64,000 nucleotides of DNA, from assembly GCA_964188305.1 (NCBI GenBank), contig OZ076885.1. One strand, written 5' to 3'. The stretch is from Podarcis bocagei. Taxonomy: Eukaryota. Position 1 is the first letter of the stretch; each line of letters opens with the position of its first letter. Shown piece after piece: positions 14,560-26,019 of this stretch. The notes under the pieces are model-generated. The model was not told where the DNA came from. It ran no database searches and worked only from the letters and a program-made list of their open reading frames with translations. Made by a program: the position numbers and the translations under genes.

Positions 14560-14778
14560 ATGCCACCCTCTTGCTGTTGCTCTTGCTCCGGAACCCCTCG
14601 CGGGGTCCCTTTGCCAATTGGGGGGGCGCTTCTAGCGCCCGCCGAGTCCCACAGCTGCAGGCTTCCCCCACCTGCGGTTTTTGAAAGGGTCCCCGCAGCG
14701 GTAGACCCAGTTTCCGCAGAGCTTCTCCCTCCGAGTTAGAAGGAGACCGCCATTGCCGTTGGCGCCGCCTCCGGAAGT
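14560..14778 (-). mobile_element. L1-like 5' UTR fragment (CpG-rich)
   Basis: Minus strand begins ACTTCCGGAGGCGGCGCCAACGGCAATGGCGG, an ETS plus YY1-like start typical of non-mammalian L1 5' ends. Confidence 0.5.
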
Positions 14779-15089
14779 ATGAGTATGCTGTTACTCTTTC
14801 CTCTCACAAGAGGGCTCTCCTGATTTATAGTTTCTTTCTAGTTACTTTCTAGTTATTCATTTATAGTATTTATAGAAACTTTATATTTATAGTAACTTTC
14901 TAGTTTCTCAGTTATTGGTAACTCATTCTAAAAATCATATCTAAATCCAAAATCATGTTTAGTCAAAACCCATTGGGGTAGGATTGCCAAAGTAATTTTT
15001 TCTGGAACCCTGCCCCTTCCTGCTCCTTACTTCTATTTTTTATTTTTTGCCATGCAAGTAAAGCTGAATGCACACAAGTTAAATGCAGG

Positions 15090-15224
15090 CAGGGCTTTTT
15101 TTTCAGCCTGAACTCCAGAACCCAGTTCTGGCACCTCTCAGATGGGCACCATTGTCATTATAAGAAAACAAGGGAGGTGTTAATGGTGAGTTCCAACACC
15201 TCTTTTTCTATAAAAATAGCACTG
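15090..15224. mobile_element. Small hAT-like MITE
   Basis: TIR CAGGGCTTTTTTT / AAAAATAGCACTG; imperfect 8-bp flanks aatgcagg / aattcatg. Confidence 0.55.
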
Positions 15225-17460
15225 AATTCATGTAAATTGCAGGTTTACTGTATTCGAATTGGAAAGGAAGTGGCAGATAGCAGAGATGCCATAGATGGAA
15301 GGCAGGCTATCCATCCAGCCAAGTAAAACACACCTCCCTTTTTCACTCCTTTCATTTAAATAGTACTATATCTAGCATGAAATTGACATAGTACAAGGAA
15401 GTGGTTACATAAAATTGACATACCTATTTATGTTACCATTGCAATTATGAATTAACCTGCAGACTCTGGAGTAAAAAGAAAGAAAGAAAGTTATTTAAAA
15501 TAAAACTTGTCATGTTGAAGGTGTTAGTAGCAGGACACTTTGTAGATTTTCTTAGCTTAAGTATCATGTGTTTACACTTTCTAAGAAGCTTGAGCCAAAG
15601 AATCTGGCTTTAAAGCTAATGAGCCAGCTCACTCATGGAGCAATATCCACTGTACAAGTGCTGAGCAGGAAACTCATTCTGCGAAAAACTGGCTTACAGT
15701 CACAAAAGGCCTTACAAATGAGCCTGCAAAATGTTTAGTAGCCCAGAAAAATGTTTAGTAGCCAAATTGCCCTCATAATCATTTGTGGCACAGCCTGAAA
15801 GGTACTGTTGCAATTTCTAAAAAATTCCTGTTTGGTCCTCCAAGTGTGATTCTTACCACAGATGAGTATGTGCATGACTAAGTCGTCTTTTAATGATAAG
15901 AAAGTGGAGGAGGGCAACCTATGAGCAGTGGGAACATCCCTCTTTTGTAGCTCCTGCGCTAAAATCCAAAGTTAAGGCTGGAGACTTTTGTAAAAGAAAG
16001 TGGTGTGTCCCACCATCTTTATATAAGATACTGTATGTCCAGCAGCTATGATGAGCCATAGGATCAGGCTGTTAGCCTCATTAAAACCAAAGGTGATCTG
16101 CCTTTCCTCTTGCCATACTTTATATGAAAGCATGTAACAGATGAATGTGAGAAATTTGATGGATCTACTGTGCTAAAATGCCAGGACAGATTCCTCTTGG
16201 AAAGGCTCAACAACCAACATTTTCAGATCTTCTCTGTGTTGTAGCACCTGGCTTAATTTATTTATCTGAATCAAATAACTTAGTATAACCTATTTATCTA
16301 AAAGTTATGAGATTTATATTCTTGACCTGCAGCTATGTTCGGACTGGACATGTCATGCTCATGATGTCTCTTTGTTTCTGGCGCTTAATCATAGGTGGTT
16401 GTGTTTCTTCTAATTAAGTGAATTAAATTAACTCAATTATCTTCAGTTCCCTCTGGCCCAACAACTGGAGAGCTAGTTGCTTTGAATTTGTCATTAGCTT
16501 CAGTGGAATGTATTTTGCCACTTGTGCTTCTGATGATATTAGTCTTCCCCTCACTGCCTAAAGCAATATTATGAACAGAATATTAGGGAAATGAAAAGTG
16601 TATTAAAATGGTTGTATTGTGATAGGGCTAGATTTCCAGTGTAGACGGTTTGGAAGCTTTGTTGTCTATAACGTATATTTTAGATTACAGTCACGTTGTT
16701 TCTGAGCACACAAGCTTATCTAGACTTACATTTGTTTACCAGAACTGGCAAACCAAATGTATCATTAAAGTCACTTGACTTTAATCGGTAGTAAGTTATC
16801 CCTGGAGAAGCACCACTGGCAATTCATCAGGCTCTTTATTTCCTCTGTAAATTCTGTAATAAAACAGGAAAGACTATTTTAAGAAACAGAGTTGGTACCA
16901 TTCTATTTTAAACTTAGAGTTTATTTAGAGAGGAACAGAAGGTGTCCTTTTATTTTCTGAAAAGGAAGGGATAAAAAATTATCCATGGCTTAACTAGAAT
17001 TCAAGTACCATGTGAGCCATGATGAGGTTTCATTTGATAATTTCATAATGTATTTTAGCAGTAGTCTTTAAATGACAAAGACTACAGCAGAAAGGAAGCA
17101 ACTGGTTTTATCCTGCCCAAAGGGCATCTCATGTCTTTCTTAAGTATAACTGTGAGCTGTCAACTGGATAAAATTTGCACTGTTAGCTTGTGGGCTGGGG
17201 GCTTTATGCATTTTGTATTTTTAAAAATATTTGCTTACAATGTGGTTAGGCAAAGCACAGTACCAATTAGACCTACCCACCCATCATCTGAATTTACCCA
17301 GGGCACATGCAGTAAGGGTAGGGAAAGAGGTGAGTGGGAATGGGTGGGTGACTGAGACAGAGAGAAGTCATGCTAGATGTTGATAATGCTTGTTGTAGTT
17401 TAATTATGTAAATAAGCAGTTCTAACCAAAAGATTTCAGGTGGGACAGTGGGCCACATAC

Positions 17461-17587
17461 AGCAGGAAACCTATGGCCCTCTGGATGTTGCTGGACTGTA
17501 ACTCCCATTTTCACTGGCCATGCTGGTTGAGACTAGAGGAAGCTGAAATCCAACAACATCTGGAAAACCACAGGTTCCTTGCCCCTG
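17461..17587. mobile_element. Degenerate palindromic hAT MITE
   Basis: ggccctctggatgttgctgga...tccaacaacatctgga...cccctg. Confidence 0.65.
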
Positions 17588-19468
17588 ACATAGTGTACAG
17601 TGTCCAGAAAATCCTGTTTGCACTTCAAAGCTCAGAGCAAGCCCTGACAGCAAGAGACAGGGTTTGTTTTTGTTTGTCTAAATTTGTATCTTTGCATATA
17701 AATTAGCATATGTAATTTTTATGCAGTTTAATAATATGGGGCTATAATCTACCAATGCACCTGGTAAAAACTGCTATATATAGTGCATCAGAAAGTCCAG
17801 GACTGGTGGGCTGCTTAGTTATTATTTGGGTTCTTAGCCAGTCACATTAATATCAGGAGTTAAAAGTCAAAAACTCTGTAATACTGATATTATTAATATG
17901 TGAGTGTCCACTTATCTGTAGATTACAGTGGCAGCCACAAAGCTTAAGCTAGCAGTTACCATTTTCCATAAGAAGAAACATATGTTCTTTTTGATATGGA
18001 ATGCAGGTGTGCAAAATTCTCAAACTTCTGATCCAAACCTACATTGGTGCTCTAAAAAACTGGTGTTTGTAGAGTATTTAGATGGAAGTAGTGTGACACA
18101 GGCCTCCTGGTCCTTTCATGGTTATATAGACAAAGGAGAGGAGAGTAACTTGTTGAAAATTTCCTCTTAATCATCCATTATTCTTTGCAGTATGTTTAAT
18201 GTTGTGTCAGACAATGCTGGATTTTTCAATCCTCATTTACAGTTAACCCGTATCCCAACATTGTAGTCATAATTACCCGAATCCCCACTCTTACCTCTTG
18301 ATACTTGTGTATTCACACAAGACTCAAAAATAACGCAGTGGTTTTCCCTGCCCTGAAGTACTACAGCAGCATGTCTGTTTCAAAATTAAAACAGCAGGTT
18401 TGGTTAGATTGCTCTTCCAGTAACTAGTTTATTTTCCAGAAACTGTGGGTCTGAAGTTTAATATAGCATGAACCTGCCTGCTTTAGGGTTTGCTTCTTCC
18501 TCCATAATTTGAGGAATCAAGTGATCATTGGAATGTTTCCACAGGCCAAAAAAAAATACATTTAGCTTTATTGAAAATGTTGCTTACTCTCAAAGAAACC
18601 ATTTTGCCTTTCCTTTATGTTCCCTCTGGTATTCATGGCACCTGTATACTTCCTCAAAAGCTGACAATGGTCCATTATGCCTCTCTTTTGCCTTAGCTGT
18701 GGAGAAACAAGGCTGGTGGGAAATTTGCATTTGGTTAGTTGAATAAATATTTTGCTAAGGCAGATATTTTATTGCAACTTTCCATTGGAAACCTCAGTAT
18801 TTTCATCATCATCTTTGAGTGGAACAGATGGCACGTTATTTGTCACAACCTGTCTTGCTCAGATGGAAGCAAGTCACAACTGATTTCAATACAGGCATGA
18901 GACAGAATCATAAAGGACAGCTTTGTTCTATGATTATTGTTGGGATAGAAATGCCCTCTAGGTGGCTCAGAAGAACATCACGTTTTGTCAAAGAGCTGAA
19001 ATAGCTCCTGAGAGATTTGCTTGTGGAGGGTTTGCGGAAAGGTGATGTGCTGTAAAGTCAAAAGAACACTCTAGCATTGCCAGCTCTGTTCCCCCTGTCA
19101 GAGCTTTAAAATCTATGAAAAGGCCAAATTCAAAATATTAAGCCATCCCCATCACATAATCTCCATGCTAACAAAACTTTCACCTGCTTACTTTTGCCAA
19201 TGCTACTTCTGTTAAAGACATAACCCGCCCTACCAGAGTGGTTGGGTGGGTGTGCATTGTGTATGTTTCTAATGTACACTGAAGCAATAAGTTTCAGTTG
19301 TTGATAAGCAAATGTAAAGGATTTCCCATTGTTTACAAACACAAATCAATAATTGTCTGTTGCAGTAAGTGATGATTTAATCCTTCGTTTTCTCATTCTA
19401 TTGTGCTTCTGTGTTTCACCAATAAATCTCCAGCCTTCAAAACCACCAAAGAAAACTATTGTACACAT

Positions 19469-19567
19469 GGGTCATCTAGTCCAACCCTCTGCAGTGCAGG
19501 AATCTTTTACTCAATGTGGGGCTTGAATCCATGACCCAGAGATTAAGAGTCTCATGCTTTACCAACT
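19469..19567 (-). mobile_element. tRNA-Lys(CTT)-headed SINE with CR1-type tail
   Basis: Minus strand reads AGTTGGTAAAGCATGAGACTCTTAATCTCTGGGTCATGGATTCAAGCCCCAC (tRNA-Lys-like), fused to AGATTCCTGCACTGCAGAGGGTTGGACTAGATGACCC (CR1 tail). Confidence 0.75.
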
Positions 19568-22201
19568 ACTTGCATGTACTGGGGACAACCTACAGGACAC
19601 TTAAGGAGTGGGTGCTAACTAGACAGCAACTGCTCTGTTTATGCGAAGGAAACTGCTTTGCTCCCCAACTTGGGGTCCATCCATTCTGAGCTTCATTGCA
19701 CACAGTTAAATCCTAATGCTTCAACTGTTCCAGGTTCCGTTTTAAAGAACTATGTAGCTGCTCTCCAGTCAGCACCTATCAGGGTGTTCCTTTACCACTT
19801 TATTGTTCAAATTTATGTGTAAGCAGTGAAAAAAACCCCTATTTTTATTTTTACTATCAGCTTGGAAACGTCTCTATAAAATCCCAGATGCATCAGGCAT
19901 GCATGTTAAATGTTATTGATTGGTGGGTTTCCATGTGCTGGATACACTGGATAAGAAACATCGCCTCCCATCCCCTGTTCCTGGGATTTTAACAACAGGC
20001 TGAGAGGCTCAATTAAGCAGGTGGAACTTCTCTCATCACATTATTTCCATGGCAGTAAAAGCCTTCACCTGCCTCATTTCCCAGTAGTAGGCTGCTGTTA
20101 AAGGCACAAGAGCAGGGCCGGTCAAAGAAGCTGCCAGCCCTAATATAATACCACTATTTATTAAGAACATTCCAAAGGAATTTATAGTTCAGAAGCATCA
20201 CACCATACTAGACTAAGAAAAGCAAACAGTTCTCTGTGGTATTCTTCAAATAGATAAAATAGCTACCTTGAAGAACAAACAAGGAAGGGAGTGGCAAGGA
20301 GTCACAGTGAAGGCTGAGTTTCCCTGCTAAAACATCAAGCCTGACATTGCTTAAAGATGTCACTCACACACCCTTTTGGACTCTGGTACTGTACACAAAC
20401 CACTGCTGAAAGTATTGAGTCATGAACCTACTTATTAGTGCCACTGAAGTCGATTTATTATTCCTGAGAACTGAATTATGACATATAACATCTTCAGTAG
20501 CAAACTATTGTTCTGAAATTGGAAGCAAGAACACTAGGGTTATATAAATACTGAAACACAACATCAGAAGCTTACTCAGACATGTGTAGCTCACTTCAGA
20601 ATGGTTACATTACCCTTTTTTATTATTGGCAGCCCTTCTGCATTGACAGGCAGAAATACAGCAGGTGAAGTTTTCCTCAGCCTTGCATTTCATGCATGAA
20701 CATTTTCACCTGCTGAATTTCTGGTTATTATGCAGCAATAATTAGGCATGTTGCTTCTTTTTCCTGATTAAAGTTCTTGTTTTAGCAGCTGCACCATGGC
20801 ATATTGAAACTTAGCAGATGCAGTTTTCCCTGTTATAGTCTATCTGCGCTGGTGAACTGTGTCAGTTGAATTACTTCCTATAAGGCAGCCACCTTATGTG
20901 ACTGTAAATCAAATAAAAACCTATATTGGCTACACTTGCACTTGTTTGTTTTAAAATAAGCCTTCTGTTTTATCTCTTGCAACATTCCCAAGTGATGCAT
21001 TCTCAACTCAATGTTTATCTTAATATATATGCTATAAGCAGCCTTGGGGTAAGTGGCTCCTGAAGGGAAGGACTGTGCTTTGGAGAAGAGTCAGCATGTG
21101 ATTCACAAACAGCTGATACAACCAGGGCTGCCAAATTTCTCAGGGACCCTGCCATTCTGCCATTAAAATAAGCAGGAATGGGGAACCTGTGGTCCAATAG
21201 GTCTTGTTGATTACAGATCCCATCATAACAAATAACTGGCCATTTTGGCTGATGGGTATTGGAGTCCAACAGCCCCATAAACTATAGGAAAGGGGAAACT
21301 TCGTTCATCACTGCATCTGAAAGCTGGGGGAAAGCTTAACCTGTTGGATATCTCCTTCTTTGCTAATTGTTGAACCAGGCCCAGTAACGGCCCCCGCCCT
21401 GAAGTTTGATTGGCTGCAGCTTCAAGCCCTAAAAAGTTTCATTAAAAAAAAAAAATGGCACACACACACAGCCTGTTTCTGGCTAGTTAGCAACTCTGCA
21501 CAGAAGCCAGCTGAGAAAACAGGCAGCGCCAGAACCAAGAAGCTGCAAGTTGGTTACCCGCGGTTTCTCCGTCCACACCACCGACAAGCTGTAACCAGAA
21601 TTCGCAATAACAGCTGATTGATCGACCGGGATCCCTCCAAAAAATAAAAGAGCCGTCACTAAGAAGAAGCGGGCAGGAAACCTGTGGATTTTCCCCACCC
21701 GCTTTCGCGGACGGGAAAAAAAGAAAGAAAGATCTATCTTTAGAGAGCTAATTGCAGTATACCACAGATGTGATGGTCGCAGACATGGGGTTTTTTGTTA
21801 TTTAAAGTTGGCGCAATCGAAAGTGACATACTGCCTACTTAATTGTTTGCAACGTCTACCCCAAGGACAGGTTGTCATTTGTTTTCCGAGTAGACGGAAG
21901 AAGTCCTTGTGCAATGTTTTGGCTACAGAGGAGAGCGTCGCGATTCGTAGTAGGTGCGTTTCTCGCTCCCTCCCTCCTACGCGCTCGTCCGCGTTGCATA
22001 ATCGTGTTCCGAGCCAGTCTTGCAGGCCAAAGTAGATAAGCACCAGCTGGGGGTTGGCCCTGCCCCTGTCTCCAGAGAGCTCCTCCCTCTGCTCGCCTCT
22101 TTTTCCGAAGGTAGTTTTCTTTCTTACTCTGCGGTGAGATACTTTTGGTGTGAGTGTGCTGCGCTGAGCTGAGCTGGTGGATTCCGCGGAGCCTGGTTGC
22201 C

Positions 22202-22225
22202 ATGAGTACCCCCGAGGCAGAATGA
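22202..22225 (+). other. Upstream ORF MSTPEAE* whose TGA overlaps the Duet ATG
   Basis: gccATGAGTACCCCCGAGGCAGAATGA read directly; main ATG at 22222-22224, uORF stop at 22223-22225. Confidence 0.6.
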
Positions 22226-22309
22226 AGGGTGGGAGGCACGCTTATACCAGCACGCCTTGCCTGGGCTGGTTCCTCGCCAAGTGTTGCTGCTGTTTCCCAG
22301 CGTGCAGAG
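22222..22309 (+). CDS. KALRN: Alternative first coding exon of the Duet/TRAD isoform: MKGGRHAYTSTPCLGWFLAKCCCCFPACR(D), phase 1
   Basis: ATG at 22222 with A at -3; donor AG|gttggt at 22310. Phase 1 joins exon 48256 (G+AT=Asp). Peptide resembles the recalled human Duet N-terminus (MKGGDRAYTRGPSLGWLFAKCCCCFPCRD). Lies at the 3' end of a CpG-rich region. Missing from the ORF track because it is short. Confidence 0.9.
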
Positions 22310-24459
22310 GTTGGTAGCCGGCTACTAAACTGGATGTGCTTCTCGTTTGAACATTGGAGCTCTGGGAGGAAGAGGGTAGGCTGTTCAAATCCCAAACTAA
22401 ATGTTTGCTACTCCTAACTCTGGGGATATTAAACTTGAAATGCGTAACCCTGGCTTTGCTATATGGCTGGGGTTTGAAGGGTGCTCAAGATTTTTCCCTA
22501 AGGGGGCTAGGAAGAAGCTGTACTGTATATAGAAACTGCCATAAAAATAGCATGTTGATGTATACCACCCTTCCCAAGTGGTATATGTGTGTGGTTTCTA
22601 GTTGCTGCTGACTTGTCACTCAACTCCGTATCTCTGTTTGCACATATCCTCAGATGTCTTCTGCCAGGAGAGAGAGACTTCTTTCTAGGTTTCTGTCCAG
22701 CATATGCTGCTGGTTAAGGAAGTGCAAACAGACTCCACAACTTTGAGAGCTATAATTCTTGTCTACATGCCTATGCACTCTATATGTTCATTTGACTTTA
22801 GGGATGTATCCCTCTGTGCATTTGGTGATGAGTAAACCCCATCAATTTCAGTGGAGTATGCTTCTGTGTAAAGATAGGATAGGCCCAGAAATACTGTTCG
22901 ATACTAATAAACTAACAAATGTAATGATTGAATGAACCAGGGCTGTATTTTAGAACCAACTTGGAGATAAAAAGTGTGTGTGCTGGAGGGTGGAGCAGAG
23001 TTCATAGTTTTTCTGCAGACAACTTTGTGACCTTGCTTTGCCGATAAGAGCAAACTGTTGCTGAAGGAGTTGTGAGAAAGAACTACAGTGTTTCTGAAAG
23101 CATTTATTCCCCTCCCATTAGGGCCCCCCCCCCCCCAGATTGCAGATTCAAAATACTTTGGTAAACACTGTGTATAAATAAACAAAATTCCAAACCTCTC
23201 TGCTGACTTCGGACAAAATGTAATAGGGGTGGGGGTTCTTCATTTTCTCTCTGTGTTCCTGGAAAAGACAATGGTGACTTCAGTCTGCATTTAAAAAAGA
23301 TTCATCAGAAGTGGGTGGGATGACAAGGTGTTAACTACATTATGTAGTTTGTATAATTCCTGACTTGGTTTTCTATAGCAAGAAGGTATATAATCACTCT
23401 AATGGTCATAAGTGCTTGTTGTAAACAATGATAATTGGTATTTGTATTGTACTTAATAGGTTTGGCCTCTGTGAGAAAGGCCATTATTTTCTATTTTACA
23501 GATGAACAAATGAGATTGAAAAGGAGAGTGCATTTGCTCAGTCCAGCAGAAAAGCTTTTTCTGGACAAAAAGCTTCTGTGCACAGATTGCTTTCTGGATT
23601 CCAGGCAGGCGGATGGAAAGGAGACAGTTTCTGGAACTGCCTGTGCAGTGTTCTTAGGGCTAGACAACTATCACCTATTGGGGGGAAACTCAGTTCTCAC
23701 CTCTGCCTCTCAGCTGAAAAATAGTACTCTCTTGCAAATGTTTGTGCATGGTTTTCCATGTGTGAGGATCTCTTGGTGGTTGCAAGCAGGTCCATAACAA
23801 TGACCCTAAAATCAAGCCCATTTACCTATGCAAGATAAGGTGGATGTTTCACCTTGCCTGATCTTTATGGAAATCATTCTTGGGTTCCTTATCTCTTTTA
23901 TAGAATCCCATTGAGTTGGTTCCTCCCCAGCATTATGTTTTCTCCAATTATAGGACCACTTCCCTAGGAGGCCTTAGGCACTGTTGCTTAGCCTTAACCG
24001 CTGCCCATCAGCAATTTGAGCCTATAAAACTAGCCTGTTATACAGAACTATACAGACAGTATATATTAATGCTTTGTTATTACTCACACTTGAGGAATTT
24101 TCTTCATAGGTCTCATGTATTTGCTAGGAAACTGCATAGTCACAAATTTTATAACCATCCATGGGTGCTTTTTTCACCCAACATATGCATGTAGTTTGAG
24201 ATACATTTAGAAAGGCAAAAATCTTATAAGATCTCCTTTAACAAACTTAATAAGTCATAAGCAGTCTTTAATTTTCAAAGTGTGTTTCACTTTATTTTTT
24301 AAGTACCTTAGATATTTGACTTTCTCACATAAAAAGATTGAGAAGTTAAACTTCAAAAATACGTGCCAGTTGCTTTGGTTTCATCTAAGTGCTCATATAT
24401 ATTCGTGCCCCAGGAATAATTTTGCTTCCTCTAGCTGTGATTAAAAAGTGGTGACTTTC

Positions 24460-24503
24460 CAGAAACTGACTTCTGTTCTGTCAGAAACTGGCTTCTGTTC
24501 TGT
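24460..24503. repeat. 22-bp tandem duplication cagaaactg(a/g)cttctgttctgt
   Basis: Two adjacent copies with one mismatch. Confidence 0.85.
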
Positions 24504-24894
24504 GGTCATACGGTTCTGCTATTTGCATTTCACCCCCAGTTGTAGCAGGCAGTAACCATTCTGTTGCATTCTTTACAAGAAATGCTAAGCAACAAGATAT
24601 GCCCTCTTTTGCCACCATAGCAATGTCAATTCAAAATCCAGTGTAAACTTTCATTGTTACAACAGTTGTACAGCATTGTTTTATAAAGTGTAGGTGGTGG
24701 TTGTGGACATGCAAAAAGGCTCAAATGGACAGAGTTCAGCATGGTGTCTTAGTCGTTGCTTTGTGGGTTCCTTTCAAAGATCTCAGTGAGTGAAGTTTTT
24801 TATTGTGAGATATAAACTGGACCTTTTTTCATAGCTGCAGTTCACTATAAAAGTAGGGAAACCTTTAGCGTTCTTGCTGGTTGTATCGGAACAT

Positions 24895-25022
24895 TAGGTA
24901 GAGCATGAGACTGTTAATCTTGGTCCTGGGTTCAAGCCTCATGGGTCAAAGTTTTCTGCATTGCAGCGGGCTGGAATAGATGACCCTCATGGTTCCTTCC
25001 AACTCTACAATTATATGATTCT
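24895..25022 (+). mobile_element. tRNA-Lys(CTT)-headed SINE with CR1-type tail
   Basis: ggtagagcatgagactgttaatct...gggttcaagcc head, followed by ctgcattgcag...tagatgacc...ccttccaactctacaattatatgattct tail. Confidence 0.75.
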
Positions 25023-25609
25023 GTGGTTCTAGGTTCTGGTTGTAATATTCCTTTGGGAGTTGGAGAAACACTTGCTGTGCAGAATATAGTAGTTTAACAA
25101 AGAATATCCGGTGGTGTGGATGACATAAATATGGGCTTTAAAAAATTCTCCATGTTCTGCTGCTCTTGCTCAGGAGAAATGTCCCAAAGATAATGCCCCA
25201 ATGTGGACCCTAGAAAATAGTTGGTCTGTCTTCCTGACTTTAAATTAGTCCATATAAATGTTCTTGGACTTCCCTTGGTAATCCAAGGGCTGGGTCATAC
25301 GGTTCTCTCAAGTATCAAGTTTGGATCTTTATATCCAGAGGACCCATTACAGGTTCAGGCACATAATTTTATGACATAACGTGACCTGAAAACAAATGGC
25401 AGAGAACACTTTCCCTACTTTGGCTTGCTGTTAAACCTTTAAACCCAATAAATGGTACAACTATCACTTGCTTATGAAAGACAAATCCCAGTTCTTGCTT
25501 TTTGGTTTGGTGACACTAGGTTGGTGCTTGCATTCTGGTTCCTGACCAGTAAGAAATGCACAAATATTTCTCAGTAATGTGTATGCACTTACACAAAGAG
25601 AGGCACATA

Positions 25610-25931
25610 TGCCCCATCTGCACTGTACATTTAAAGTAGTTTTATACTACTTTAAACAGCCATGGCTCTCCCCAAAGAATCCTGGGAAGTGTAGTTGTTA
25701 AGGGTGCTGAGACTTGATAGTGCAACCCATTTCCCCTTCACAGAGCTGTGATTCCCTGAGTTCCCTGGGAAGAGGGATTACTTGTTCAACTACTCTGGGA
25801 ACTGTAGCACTTTGAGGAGGATGGGGTCTCCTAAGAACTCTTAGCATCCTTAACAAATTACACTTCTCAGGATTCTTTGGCGGAAGCCATGACTGTTTAA
25901 ACTAAGCTTTAAATATAGTGCAGATGGGGCC
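25610..25931. mobile_element. Palindromic PIF/Harbinger-like MITE
   Basis: TIR GCCCCATCTGCACT / AGTGCAGATGGGGC; long inverted arms; ATA on both flanks. Confidence 0.7.
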
Positions 25932-26019
25932 ATAGACACTTCAAAGGTACTCTTTGGTGAACATGCAAATGGAGTTAAAGTCATAGGTGCGCCCGTGTGT
26001 CTATCTCTAAAGAATTGTA

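Larger units (their letters stand above)
21380..22330 (+). promoter_or_regulatory. KALRN: CpG-rich internal promoter and 5' UTR of the Duet/TRAD isoform
   Basis: Many retained CpGs against a CpG-depleted background. GC box ccccgccc ~21393-21399 and reverse CCAAT (gattgg) ~21408. Directly upstream of the Duet ATG exon and not repeat-like. Confidence 0.75.

Noticed and set aside
19469-25022. tRNA-Lys genes at 19510-19567 and 24895-24955
   Set aside because: They are mutated, lack an acceptor stem and are fused to CR1 tails, so they are SINE heads rather than tRNA genes.
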